From: Planctomycetota bacterium
GTDB lineage: Bacteria; Planctomycetota; UBA11346
Reading direction: 5' to 3'
NCBI GenBank assembly: GCA_038231435.1
Contig: JBBRLJ010000009.1
Span: 59,683-123,682, forward strand
DNA length: 64,000 nucleotides
Shown here: in pieces, positions 32,407 through 42,544 of the stretch
Layout of the letters: each line of letters starts with the position of its first letter
How positions within the stretch are numbered: the stretch's first letter is position 1
Position numbers and translations under genes: made by a program
The notes under the pieces: model-generated
The model's input: the letters and a program-made list of their open reading frames with translations, nothing else
What the model was told of the DNA's origin: nothing
Databases searched by the model: none

Positions 32407-33842
32407 GACTTCTTCCCCGTTGCCGCTTTCGGAGCGAGCACGCTCCGCACGTCGGTGACCTTGCCCTCGAGCGCGGCGATCGCGACCATCGCTGGACTCA
32501 TCAGCAGCGTGCGTCCGACCGATGAACCCTGGCGGCCCTTGAAGTTGCGGTTCGATGACGACGCGCTGACCTGTCGGCCCTGGAGCTTGTCGGGATTCAT
32601 CGCCAGACACATCGAGCAGCCGGCGTTACGCCACTCGAAGCCGTGCGCGATGAAGACCTTGTCGAGCCCTTCGGCCTCGGCGGCGACCTTGACCGCCTCG
32701 CTTCCAGGGACGATGAACGCCTTGACCGTGGAGGCGACCCTGCCGCCGTGCGCGGTGATCACCTTGGCCGCCTCGCGCAGGTCGCTCAGCCGCCCATTGG
32801 TGCAGCTGCCGATGAAGGCGACGTCGATGGGCACCCCGGCGATCGGCTGACCGGCCTTCAGATCCATGTACTGGTACGCCTCGTCGATGGTCGCCCATTC
32901 GTCCTTGCCGAAATCGGATTTGGCCGGGATACGCTCACCGACGCCCACGCCATGGTCAGGCGAGATGCCCCAGGTCACGGTCGGCTCGATGTCCTCGGCC
33001 TTGAAGGTCTTGATATCGTCGTAAACCGCGTCGGCACTCGACGCGACCTGCTTCCACCAGGCCACCGCCTTCTCCCAGGCGACGCCGCTCGGGGCGTATT
33101 CGCGGCCCTTGAGATAGGCGAAGGTGGTCTGATCGGGGTTCACGTAGCCGCAGCGCGCGCCGCCCTCGATCGCCATGTTGCAGATGGTCATGCGATCCTC
33201 CATCGACATGCGATCGATGCAGGTGCCGGCGAACTCGTAGGCGAAACCCACTCCACCCTTGGCGGTGAGCACCCGCAGCACGTGCAGGATCAGGTCCTTG
33301 GCGTAGACGCCGGGCTTGAGCGCGCCGTCGACCTGGATCCTGCGTACCTTGAGCCGCGACATCGACAGGGTCTGGCTGGCGAGCACGTCGCGCACCTGCG
33401 ACGTGCCGATGCCGAAAGCGATGGCGCCGAAGGCGCCGTGGGTGGCGGTGTGGCTGTCGCCACAGGCGACGGTCATGCCTGGCTGGGTCAGGCCCTGCTC
33501 GGGAGCGATGATGTGCACCACCCCCTGCTTGCCGCTTCCCGGCTGGAACAGGCGGATGCCGAACTCGCGGCAATTCCGCTCGATCGCGACCATCATCTCC
33601 TCGGCCAGGGTGTCGGCATAGGGCCGCGCCTGGTTCTCGGTGGGCACGATGTGGTCGACGGTCGCCACGGTCCGGCCCGGGAACGGCACCGTCAACCCGC
33701 GTTCGCGCAGCATCGCGAAGGCCTGGGGGCTGGTCACCTCGTGGATGAGATGCAAGCCGATGAACAGCTGGGTCTGGCCGCTCGGCAGGGCACGGACGGC
33801 GTGGAGATCCCACACCTTGTCGAACAACGTCTTGCTGCTCAT
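32403..33842 (-). CDS. leuC: 3-isopropylmalate dehydratase large subunit
   Basis: 'HEVTSPQAF', 'CGDSHT.THGAFG', 'IGSCTNGR', 'GCSMCLAMN', '[10 protein letters not shown]'. Confidence 0.97.
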   Translation of the reverse strand: MSSKTLFDKVWDLHAVRALPSGQTQLFIGLHLIHEVTSPQAFAMLRERGLTVPFPGRTVATVDHIVPTENQARPYADTLAEEMMVAIERNCREFGIRLFQPGSGKQGVVHIIAPEQGLTQPGMTVACGDSHTATHGAFGAIAFGIGTSQVRDVLASQTLSMSRLKVRRIQVDGALKPGVYAKDLILHVLRVLTAKGGVGFAYEFAGTCIDRMSMEDRMTICNMAIEGGARCGYVNPDQTTFAYLKGREYAPSGVAWEKAVAWWKQVASSADAVYDDIKTFKAEDIEPTVTWGISPDHGVGVGERIPAKSDFGKDEWATIDEAYQYMDLKAGQPIAGVPIDVAFIGSCTNGRLSDLREAAKVITAHGGRVASTVKAFIVPGSEAVKVAAEAEGLDKVFIAHGFEWRNAGCSMCLAMNPDKLQGRQVSASSSNRNFKGRQGSSVGRTLLMSPAMVAIAALEGKVTDVRSVLAPKAATGKKS

Positions 33843-34127
33843 CGGCATCCTTTTCGGGGACGCAACAGTCTGGGCTCGGAGCGCTGCCATACAAGCGTAG
33901 GATCGCCGTATTCTGCGCCCGTTCACGACTCAACACCCCGATCGCGGCCTCCATAGAGACCGGTCCTTCGGCGGTCGCAGCGCCGAGAAACCACCCCGCC
34001 CGGCAGTTCGCGCGGCCCCGGCCCGCACCCCCGACCGGTCCGAGTTTTCGACGAAGCAGCTAGCGTCGGGTTAGTCGGCGATGGACTTGCGCCACTCGTT
34101 CGGCATCCACAATCGCGCACTGACGAT

Positions 34128-34979
34128 ATGCTGAAACTTGAAGTCCTGAACACCGCCTTCAAGGGCAAGCAATTCAAATACAAGGCCGGAATGAAGATCG
34201 GCAGTGGCGCGGACTGCCAGATCCGCGCCCAGTCCGATGACATGCAAGACGTCCATGTGCGCTTCTACGACGAAGGCGATCGCCACATGGTCGAGGTCGC
34301 GACCGACAAGGCGCGCCTCTACGTCAACGGCAAGGACGTGATGCGCAGCGAGATCCGCCACAACGACCAGATCGTGGTCGGGCCGTTGAAGCTCAAGATC
34401 CTCGATGACGCCAAGATGAGCCAGTCGGCGATCCGCCTCGACCAGCTGATGGCCGAGTTCGAGGCGCACTCCGCGGACGAGATCCACGACTTCGCCAAGG
34501 TGGACCTGTTCTACCTGTCGACCAAGGATCCCATCCTGCGCCAAGCGGTGTCGTTCGTCATTCCCAGCAAGGACAAATTCATCGATCAGGCCCAGGTGTT
34601 CCTCGCGCGACTGGTCAAGCAGAGCGGCATGGAGGAGCAGAAGGTCGACGCCTTCATGACCTGCGCGAAGGAACTGATCCTCAACGCACACCGACACGGC
34701 CACAAATACGACGAGACCAAGAAGATCGTGATCCGCTACCGCGATCGTGGCGACCGCCTCGCCTTGAGCATCGAAGACGAAGGCACCGGCTTCGACCACC
34801 GCGCGATCATCGGCGCGATCAAGAGCAAGGACGCCGCCCAGGCCGCGCGCGAGCGCTACCAGGCCGGCGGATTCGGCGGCCTCGGCTTCAAGATGATCTC
34901 GCACATGTCCGACGAACTCGCCTACAACGACTCGGGCAACCAAGTGACCTTCGCCGTGCTGAAGAAGGCTCCTGAATAA
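34128..34979 (+). CDS. FHA-like domain fused to RsbW/SpoIIAB-type anti-sigma kinase domain
   Basis: N-terminal 'KIGSGADCQI...LYVNG......IRHNDQIVVG'; C-terminal 'KELILNAHRHG', 'IEDEGTGFD', 'GGLG'. Confidence 0.75.
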   Translation: MLKLEVLNTAFKGKQFKYKAGMKIGSGADCQIRAQSDDMQDVHVRFYDEGDRHMVEVATDKARLYVNGKDVMRSEIRHNDQIVVGPLKLKILDDAKMSQSAIRLDQLMAEFEAHSADEIHDFAKVDLFYLSTKDPILRQAVSFVIPSKDKFIDQAQVFLARLVKQSGMEEQKVDAFMTCAKELILNAHRHGHKYDETKKIVIRYRDRGDRLALSIEDEGTGFDHRAIIGAIKSKDAAQAARERYQAGGFGGLGFKMISHMSDELAYNDSGNQVTFAVLKKAPE

Positions 34980-35061
34980 GCGGACATGGCGGAATTGGCA
35001 GACGCGCCGGATTTAGGTTCCGGTCCCGCAAGGGGTGTGGGTTCGAGTCCCTCTGTCCGCA
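34980..35061 (+). tRNA. tRNA-Leu (anticodon TAG)
   Basis: Acceptor stem GCGGACA/TGTCCGC, anticodon arm CCGGA-TTTAGGT-TCCGG, long variable arm, TTCGAGT T-loop; CCA not encoded. Confidence 0.95.
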
Positions 35062-35066
35062 CTATC

Positions 35067-35113
35067 TGTTGGGGGGCTACGGCCCCCCAACATCGCGCTC
35101 CGCGCTGCCCCCT
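35067..35113 (+). repeat. REP-like hairpin GTTGGGGGGC-TACG-GCCCCCCAAC + ATCGCGCTCCGCGCTGCCCCC
   Basis: Also present at about 51463, 51742 (minus) and 52583 (minus). Confidence 0.85.
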
Positions 35114-35379
35114 GGGAAGGAACGGGTAGGGAGGGCTAGGGGCGCGAACTGCTGATGCTGATGCTGATGCTGCCTGACTGATTGGCGTGTGGTGGTTCTG
35201 AGCAATGCCCCAGGTGCCTTCGCTTAAGTCCTCAGGTTGAAGACGGTTGAATCGTATCACTCACCGCTTTCCGGGGGTTCGGGGGTGGTGTCCCAATAGA
35301 TGGCTGCGCAGGCACTTGCTGCATCGGGGGCGGGGATTCGGGCCGATCGGGCCTGAACGTCGCTTCCAGGGGATGCACC

Positions 35380-36144
35380 ATGGTTCCAGCCAGCACCGCC
35401 TGCCTTGTCCGCGTGCCTATCCAGCGGCGCCGCCGCTCGCTGCGCTCCGGCTTCACGGCGATCGAGCTGCTGGTGGTGATCGGCATCATGATGGCGGTCA
35501 TGGCGATGGCGATGCCCTCGGTGATGAATTCGCTACGTCGCGGCAAGGTGAGTTCGGCCGCCACCGACATCATGCAGTGCTGGCGCCAGGCGCGGAACAT
35601 GGCCTTGATGCGCTCGATGCCTGATGCGCCGAACGGAACCGTTCCGAAGCACTACGGCATGATGCTCGTCCAGCATGCAGGACAGCAGTGCTACGCCGCG
35701 CTCATCTACGACAACCAGGCGGCGGCGAACATCTCGAGCACACCCGAGGCATCCGTACTGCGCGCCGATCCGACCAGCGGCAGCACCAGCGACGCGGTGA
35801 ATCCACCGGTCGCGAAGTACGTGTTCAACCGCAATGTCGTACTCGCCAGCGCCGACACCCCGGCCCAGCAGCCTGACACCCACGACCGCGTACTGGTGGT
35901 GTACGCGCAGTACCGCACCGGCCTGCCCATCTCCCCCGAGGTGGTGGTGGATGGCAAGGCGCCGAACGCGTCGGCGATCGGCGTCGGACTCGCCGACAAT
36001 CCGACGTTCGGCTTGGTCGCCGGCACCATCAGCGCGCAGATGCGCTTGCAGACGCTCGACTACACCTTGGGAACGGTCAAGCGTGGGTATGCCGTGGGCG
36101 TCACGCTGTATCCGATCGGCGTCGTCGCGACCCAGGAACTGTAG
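35380..36144 (+). CDS. Prepilin-type protein (FimT/GspH-like)
   Basis: Basic leader, then 'G|FTAIELLVVIGIM' and 'RQARNMAL'. Confidence 0.85.
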   Translation: MVPASTACLVRVPIQRRRRSLRSGFTAIELLVVIGIMMAVMAMAMPSVMNSLRRGKVSSAATDIMQCWRQARNMALMRSMPDAPNGTVPKHYGMMLVQHAGQQCYAALIYDNQAAANISSTPEASVLRADPTSGSTSDAVNPPVAKYVFNRNVVLASADTPAQQPDTHDRVLVVYAQYRTGLPISPEVVVDGKAPNASAIGVGLADNPTFGLVAGTISAQMRLQTLDYTLGTVKRGYAVGVTLYPIGVVATQEL

Positions 36145-39100
36145 ATGAAGGCTCGGAAGGCCGCGCGCGGATCCGCTCCCATCAGCCGGGTCGTCTGCGC
36201 CGGCCCTATCGGCTCCGTCGCCACCGGCGGCGGAATCAGAGGCATCGGCAATGAGAAGCCGCGCGGCTTCACGCTGTTCGAGGTCGTCATCAGCATGCTG
36301 GTTCTGAGCATCGCGGTGCTGACGACGCTCGCCCTGCTGCCCATCGGCCTGAAATCCCAGCAGATGGCGCGCTACCAGTTGTTCGCCAGTTCGACCGCGA
36401 TGTCCCTGCTCGAGAACTTCCACAGTCCGTTGGTCAGCTTCAAGGGCCACGGACGCCTGGCGCCAGAGACCAACCGCAATCTCAGCGCAAATCCTGACGA
36501 TCCGCCGGTCCCGGGTTGGGCGAACCGCCTGCGCGACTACAACATGACCACCGGTCCATATCAGCACGACATCGAGCGCTATCTGTGTGGATGGATGACC
36601 GGAGTGATGCCGGTGCCGGTCCAGATCGCCCGCCGCCTCGACAGCGATGGCGACGAGATCCAGAAGCACCTCGACCAGGGCGGGTGCCTGTTCTACGTCG
36701 ATAGCGGCTATGTCCGCGGACTGACAGTCGCCTCCGACCGCGACAAGTCGATCGCGCTGAATCCTCCGCCCGAGGTCCAGAAGCTGGTCTTCGCGGTCAC
36801 CGGCTACGCCCAGGAGAACGCGCTCACCAGCCATCCCGTCGAGAGCTGGCCGTGGTACGAACTCTATCCGTTCCCCCCTGCCTGGGTCGCGCTCAGGGCC
36901 TCGGGCTACGAGATACGCCGCGGACCGATCAGCAAGATGAAGCACGTCGATCCCGGCACCGGTACCGTCACCTGGGGACCGCCGATCTATGGCCAGGACA
37001 TGTGGGGACAGGGCGGCGGCACGCACGGCAACGCCAACGCCTGGGACGGCGGCATCATCTGGGGTGATGGCGGCCATGTCGGATGGCAGGCGGTGACGTT
37101 TCCGCCGGCGCCGATGAACGCGCGTCAGCTGTCACCGCCGCAATCGAGCAACTGGCCCAATCCGGTCACCGACCAGACGATCAACAAGATCGATGCGCCG
37201 GACATCGCGCCGAATCCCGCCGACGCGAATGCCGCCGGCACCGCCGGCTGGTACCAGGGCCGGAACTGGCGCTATTTCAAGGAGAAGTACGGCACCGGCA
37301 CGCCCTGGGACAACGGCTGGCAGGAATTCCAGAAACTCGCTGGATTCAACGACGTCCACCGCGATCTGACCTGGACAGCGTACGCCGCCCTGGCCGAGGC
37401 CGAGCACTTCGAGAAGGCCGGATGGCTGCCGGTCATGGCCATGCTCACCAATCAGGACGATCCCCGCTACGACGCGTATTGGTACGAGCTCCAACCGGAT
37501 CCGATGGCTCCTGGAAAATTCCGCTACCGCGGCGGGCAGACGATCGGCGGCGAGAACGACGTCGGCACCGGGGTCTTCCCTCCGCGGCCGCTCGGCTGGA
37601 CCGGCAGCCTCGACGCCGCGCCATGGAATACCGGCGACCAGTACGGCATGAGCACGAGGACCGGCGCTCCGCACAGCATGCCGCTGCCCCCCACTTACGA
37701 GATGCGCGCCAGCTACCGCGACAAGGCGCTGGAACTATGGAACGCGGTGGCGTCGGACATCTCGTCGTACAAGCCGGTGAAGGTGCCGATCGGCGGCTAC
37801 ACACCCGTGGTGACGAACACCCAGGAGGACTGCGACGTCTATGAATACGGCCCGCAGGAGCTCGAAAAGTTCCCGCTGGTCGACCCGCATAGTCTTCCCG
37901 CCGGCGAATGTCCGCCGCACCCGGCGCAGGTGCTCGCGCTGAGCTACCTCGCCCATGCGGCGATGCTGATGACAGGCTGGGATGTCCCCTTCGAGAGCCG
38001 CGACGTGTGGCAGCGTCTCGACTGGGACTGCCTGGCCTGGCAATACCGCGACGCGGCTAACGCGCTGCATACCAAGGACGCGAAGATCCTCGCCGCCGAC
38101 GTCTCGCGCGGTTCAAGCACCGTGCAGATCGTCAACGATACGCCAGGCAAGGACATGGTCTTCTATCAGGGCGACGAGATCTGCTTCGAGCAGGACTACC
38201 GCGCCTGGTACCGCAGCGCCGAGCCGAACCCCAATCCCGCGCCCCCCCAAGGCTGCGTCAAGTACCGCATCCGCGCCGCGACCCACATCTCGCCCGGAGC
38301 CACGGGCACCGTCGACATCGAGCCCAACCTGGTCCATGACTACCAGTCCATCACCGGCATCACCGGCGGCAACCCGTGGATGAACCCACCGATCCCGGCG
38401 GACACCGGACATCCGCAGCAGATCATCCGGGTGTGTAGCGAATACGATCGCACATTCGCGCGCAAGGTGCACGAGATGTGCATGCGTTGGGCGTCGTCCT
38501 ACGCCGCCGAGAATCCCTACGATTGGGGCGCTCCGCGCATGATGAACCACCAGGTGATGAACGACAAGCCGCTCGCGATCTTCGACCTGTTCCACGATGC
38601 CGGACAGGGGCCGACGTCTCCGAGCAACCTCGCCATCCGGACCCCGAAGAACCTGCCGACCGTCACCACCGTATCGCCGACCGAATCCTTCTACCGCTGG
38701 CTGATGCCGCCTAACCAGGCGCCGCGCACCTGGTTCAAACAGAATTTCACGCCCGCGACCGGGCCGGTGTCCGCGCTCAGCCACCACGGCCCGGCACGAG
38801 CCAATACGACGCCGTGGTACAATCTGATGTACAACCCCGAGCTCGCGCCGGCCTCCACCGCGGCACCGACCACGACCAGTGAGTGGAATTGGACCAGCGA
38901 CAAGGATCGCTACTGGCTCAACCGGCCGTACGCGCCGTTCCATCGCTGCCGCCAACTGGTGTTCTGGGCGGTCGAGTGGAAATCCTACGTGGATGCCGAG
39001 ACCGCTCCGAGCGCGCCGCTGGATCTCGCCAAGCACGCGCGCTCCATCCACCTCAAGGCCGATGGCACGACCGTAGACACCTTCTGGCCGATGCTCGCCG

Positions 39101-39411
39101 CTGGAGACGGATGGGGAAACAGCAACCGGCAGGACAGCCAAATGGCTGGCAATCCCGAGAACGGTATCCTCTGGCTCGACAGCGAGCGCAAGAAGCGCTA
39201 CCTCGATGCCCAGACCAACCCCTATCTGAAATCGTTCTGGACCTACACCCGCGAGAGCGAGGACATCGTGCTCGGCCACTGGGGCGCCGACCGCAACAAC
39301 AACCGCATCCTCGATGAAGGACCCATCCCGAAGACCACGCGCCTGCGCGCGCTCCAGGTCGCCCACTTCAACGTCTACGATCCCGTGCTGCGGCTGCACA
39401 ACAGCGACTGA
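36145..39411 (+). CDS. Very large prepilin-type protein (PilV-like N-terminus, 1088 aa)
   Basis: 'RG|FTLFEVVISMLVLSIAVL..LALLPIGL'; Pro/Trp/Gly/Asp-rich extracellular body. Confidence 0.82.
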   Translation: MKARKAARGSAPISRVVCAGPIGSVATGGGIRGIGNEKPRGFTLFEVVISMLVLSIAVLTTLALLPIGLKSQQMARYQLFASSTAMSLLENFHSPLVSFKGHGRLAPETNRNLSANPDDPPVPGWANRLRDYNMTTGPYQHDIERYLCGWMTGVMPVPVQIARRLDSDGDEIQKHLDQGGCLFYVDSGYVRGLTVASDRDKSIALNPPPEVQKLVFAVTGYAQENALTSHPVESWPWYELYPFPPAWVALRASGYEIRRGPISKMKHVDPGTGTVTWGPPIYGQDMWGQGGGTHGNANAWDGGIIWGDGGHVGWQAVTFPPAPMNARQLSPPQSSNWPNPVTDQTINKIDAPDIAPNPADANAAGTAGWYQGRNWRYFKEKYGTGTPWDNGWQEFQKLAGFNDVHRDLTWTAYAALAEAEHFEKAGWLPVMAMLTNQDDPRYDAYWYELQPDPMAPGKFRYRGGQTIGGENDVGTGVFPPRPLGWTGSLDAAPWNTGDQYGMSTRTGAPHSMPLPPTYEMRASYRDKALELWNAVASDISSYKPVKVPIGGYTPVVTNTQEDCDVYEYGPQELEKFPLVDPHSLPAGECPPHPAQVLALSYLAHAAMLMTGWDVPFESRDVWQRLDWDCLAWQYRDAANALHTKDAKILAADVSRGSSTVQIVNDTPGKDMVFYQGDEICFEQDYRAWYRSAEPNPNPAPPQGCVKYRIRAATHISPGATGTVDIEPNLVHDYQSITGITGGNPWMNPPIPADTGHPQQIIRVCSEYDRTFARKVHEMCMRWASSYAAENPYDWGAPRMMNHQVMNDKPLAIFDLFHDAGQGPTSPSNLAIRTPKNLPTVTTVSPTESFYRWLMPPNQAPRTWFKQNFTPATGPVSALSHHGPARANTTPWYNLMYNPELAPASTAAPTTTSEWNWTSDKDRYWLNRPYAPFHRCRQLVFWAVEWKSYVDAETAPSAPLDLAKHARSIHLKADGTTVDTFWPMLAAGDGWGNSNRQDSQMAGNPENGILWLDSERKKRYLDAQTNPYLKSFWTYTRESEDIVLGHWGADRNNNRILDEGPIPKTTRLRALQVAHFNVYDPVLRLHNSD

Positions 39412-39414
39412 CCG

Positions 39415-41079
39415 ATGCCCGACCGCACCACATCATACCTCCATCATGCGCGCCTAGTCCCGTCCCTGGCGGCGCTGGTCGGCGGTCGCGCGCCAGCGCG
39501 CGGGGCCTTCACCCTCATCGAGATGATGATCGCCGTGGCGCTATCGACGGTGATCCTGATCACCGCGGTGGCGGCGTTCCGCACCGCCAGCCGCGCGATC
39601 TCGATGGCGAACGCCATGAGCAACGAGAACTCGCTTCTACGCATCGGATTCCAGGCCTCGATCGAGGACGTCGACTTCTTCCATTCCGAGGCCGACGACA
39701 AGGCGCCCTACGTCAAGGGCTTCACGCGCATGAAGACCAAGCGCGTCAACGACGCTTCGACGCCTGACACCGATCAATACGCACGACGCCACTTCCAACC
39801 GCTGCGTTTCATGAGCAGCACCGATCCCGACGCGCTCCCCTTCGATGACCAGTCCACTCCGACCTTGCCCGCATACACCGAGGCGTGGACCAACATCGTC
39901 AACCCGAACGTCATGCAGGCGCACGATCCGCGCTCGATCGACCGCGGATTCATCTTCGGCAACACCACGCCAAACAGCGGCAATTACCGCTACTGCAAGC
40001 CGACCATCGTGCAGGGCGACTACCGGCTGGTGGCCTGCACCGACATGCGCTTCCGCGCGGATCAGCTCAACCCGCTGTTCCCCTACGCGACCGCCGGAAC
40101 GCCCGCCTCGTACCAGCTCGACCGCGACTTCAAGACCAGCCCGCCGTGGCCGGACACCACCGGCGTTCCCGACATGGACCTTCCGGCGTCGATCCAGAAT
40201 CCGGTGAAGACCGGCTACAACCAGGCGATCCCGCTGCTCGGATGGCAGATATTCAGCCGCCTGTCCCTGGTCGGCTTCTCCGAATACCTGTCTCCCGGCG
40301 TCAATATGTTCGTGCAGGACCAGAATGGCGATCCTCCCAACGACAATTGGCAATGGGGCGGCACGCGCTTCACCTCGCCCAAGGGCTATCCCGAGAACTA
40401 CGGCAACCAGACTAGCATGCCGTCGATCTGGTGGCGCAGCTACGCCACCGGCACGCGCGACATCGCCAACTACCTTGGCTGCGATTTCCACGAGGGCGCC
40501 ACCTGGTCGGTGATCGTGATGCCCGTGCTTCCGGCTCCGCCCGGGAGCGATTACGGCTACGACCGCGGCTCGTGCATCCTCCAGATGATCATGGAAGGCG
40601 CCACCGCCGGCACCGGCACGGCCCGCTACTGGATGGGCTGGTCAGGCAGCCAGGACACCGGCGACGTGGCGCGCAACGACACCACCTACACCTCGCGCAC
40701 CGTGCGGCTGCCGTACAATCGCACCGATGGCGAACGTTCAGTCTTCACCGCCGCCTCGTGGACCAACGACAATGGCCGGCTGACCCCGCACTACCAGCCA
40801 TTGCCGCTCGACTACGACAAGAAGCCCTCGAAGTACCCGGTGTTGACCACCTCGATCCTGCGCTATCGCCGCCTCGGCGGCATGGGCGCGGTCACGGTGG
40901 TCACCTCGACGATCGAGGACCAGGTCACCGGGCGCCGTGTCGAGCTCACCTGCACCCCCTACGGCACCACCTACCGCGGCGCGCGACAGCATTGGCGGCT
41001 CTACAGCCCGGCCTACGCGGCGAACGACTCGATCGGCGACTTCTATGACGACGCGGCCGGACCATTCTATGCACCGTGA
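39415..41079 (+). CDS. Prepilin-type protein (PilW/GspJ-like)
   Basis: 'GA|FTLIEMMIAVALS'. Confidence 0.82.
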   Translation: MPDRTTSYLHHARLVPSLAALVGGRAPARGAFTLIEMMIAVALSTVILITAVAAFRTASRAISMANAMSNENSLLRIGFQASIEDVDFFHSEADDKAPYVKGFTRMKTKRVNDASTPDTDQYARRHFQPLRFMSSTDPDALPFDDQSTPTLPAYTEAWTNIVNPNVMQAHDPRSIDRGFIFGNTTPNSGNYRYCKPTIVQGDYRLVACTDMRFRADQLNPLFPYATAGTPASYQLDRDFKTSPPWPDTTGVPDMDLPASIQNPVKTGYNQAIPLLGWQIFSRLSLVGFSEYLSPGVNMFVQDQNGDPPNDNWQWGGTRFTSPKGYPENYGNQTSMPSIWWRSYATGTRDIANYLGCDFHEGATWSVIVMPVLPAPPGSDYGYDRGSCILQMIMEGATAGTGTARYWMGWSGSQDTGDVARNDTTYTSRTVRLPYNRTDGERSVFTAASWTNDNGRLTPHYQPLPLDYDKKPSKYPVLTTSILRYRRLGGMGAVTVVTSTIEDQVTGRRVELTCTPYGTTYRGARQHWRLYSPAYAANDSIGDFYDDAAGPFYAP

Positions 41080-42544
41080 GATGCCTCCCTATCCGCGACG
41101 CGCATCCAGCCATCGTGGCGGCGCCATCCTCATCATCGTCGCCGGCCTCGCTTCGATCCTGCTGGTGCTGTCAGTGGCGTTCATGGCGCGCATGCGCGCC
41201 GACAGCCAGGAGATCCGCATCGTCATGGCCGATGCGCAGTCGCGCCTGATGATGCACGCGGCATTGATGTACGTGCAGGAAGGCTCGCGCATCGGCTGGG
41301 GCGATGCGACCGGCGAGTGCTTCGGATGGACGGACGTGCGCGATGGCGGACTCGGTCCGCGTGGGCCGCGTCCGCTCGGCGCCAGCGGCGACGGCGCCGC
41401 CATCCCCGCGCCCGAATGGTACGCCCATCATGCCGGCTGGCCGGCGTTCGCGTGGAATCCCAGCGACGCGCAGCTGCCTCCGGTCAGCGCGCGCCGTGGT
41501 GGCTGGCCGCTGCCGGGAACCGCCACGCGCTGCCCGATGGCGGTTCCGGTCGTCCCGCCGTACGCCACGGAGCTGACGTTCAATTACAACCCGGTGGATC
41601 CGCCCGTCCCTTACGGCGATCCCACCTGGGAGTCTACGCCGTGGGAGACCAATTACGGCAACTTCGACGAGCGCGTCAAATGGCCGAACGCCTGGATCGG
41701 CACCATCTTCAATTCCCACGCCAAGGGCATGCTCGATCCCCAGCCGGTGGCCGAGACGTGGAGCGACTTCCGCAACGGCAAGGTCGATCCAGGCGCCAGC
41801 GGCGGCGATTGGACACACGAGAAGTTCGACGCCACGGGCACGCTGGTCCCCGGCGCGCAGCAGCAGCTCGCGGTGGTGCCTGGCACCGAGAACCAGTCCT
41901 GGTTCCGCGTCTATCGCGAGCTCCAGGCCGATCACGACGACCTCGACAATGTGGGCAAGCCTGGCACCGAGTGGTGGGACAAGGTCGCCATGTACAGCGA
42001 CGCCAATCCCGCCGACCCGGCGACGCCGAAGGTGAGGAACTGGAGCGTCTTCATCATCGCCTGCGGTTCGGGAGCGACGCGCGGCTACCGCTTCTGGGAC
42101 GATGCGGCGATCTCGGCCTGGGAATCCGAGCACGGGCTGACACCAGGCACTGGACGTGCGCTCGAACCGGTGACAGCGCAGGAGTCGGGCATCTTCTCCG
42201 ATCGCGGCGCGTTCGAAGACATGCTCGCGAGCAGTCGCATCCTGTGGTTCCGCTGCGAATGGTCGGGCCTGGAATCGGGCGCGCGCACCATGTCCGTCTA
42301 CAACGACTACCTGTGGCGCAAAGGCGCGCATCCTTTCATGAAGGACGGCTTGGTGCGCGCCGACGGTTCGGCCTGGACGGGCTGGTGGACGCAATCCTAC
42401 CAATACACCGCCCAATATGCGACCACCGAGACCAGATCCACCGCCGGCCAGGACGAGAGCGACACGCGCAGCGATTCGCCGAAGGTCTATGCCGGAAACA
42501 TCAAGTGGCTGCAGCGGCTCGACCGCGATCCCGTCATCTGGTGA
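41069..42544 (+). CDS. PilX/GspK-like pseudopilin (no Glu5)
   Basis: 'HRG|GAILIIVAGLASILLVLSVAF'; overlaps the preceding gene. Confidence 0.75.
   Translation: MHREMPPYPRRASSHRGGAILIIVAGLASILLVLSVAFMARMRADSQEIRIVMADAQSRLMMHAALMYVQEGSRIGWGDATGECFGWTDVRDGGLGPRGPRPLGASGDGAAIPAPEWYAHHAGWPAFAWNPSDAQLPPVSARRGGWPLPGTATRCPMAVPVVPPYATELTFNYNPVDPPVPYGDPTWESTPWETNYGNFDERVKWPNAWIGTIFNSHAKGMLDPQPVAETWSDFRNGKVDPGASGGDWTHEKFDATGTLVPGAQQQLAVVPGTENQSWFRVYRELQADHDDLDNVGKPGTEWWDKVAMYSDANPADPATPKVRNWSVFIIACGSGATRGYRFWDDAAISAWESEHGLTPGTGRALEPVTAQESGIFSDRGAFEDMLASSRILWFRCEWSGLESGARTMSVYNDYLWRKGAHPFMKDGLVRADGSAWTGWWTQSYQYTAQYATTETRSTAGQDESDTRSDSPKVYAGNIKWLQRLDRDPVIW

Noticed and set aside
33843..34127. Leu-rich attenuator leader upstream of leuC
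   Set aside because: No short Leu-codon-rich ORF or terminator/antiterminator pair could be identified.
35151..35172. (GCTGAT)3 microsatellite after the tRNA
   Set aside because: Too short and intergenic to support a phase-variation claim.
41317..42543. 871-aa ORF as listed in the track
   Set aside because: Its first 409 codons are an alternate frame of the PilX-like gene; the real gene starts near 42544, before the prepilin motif.
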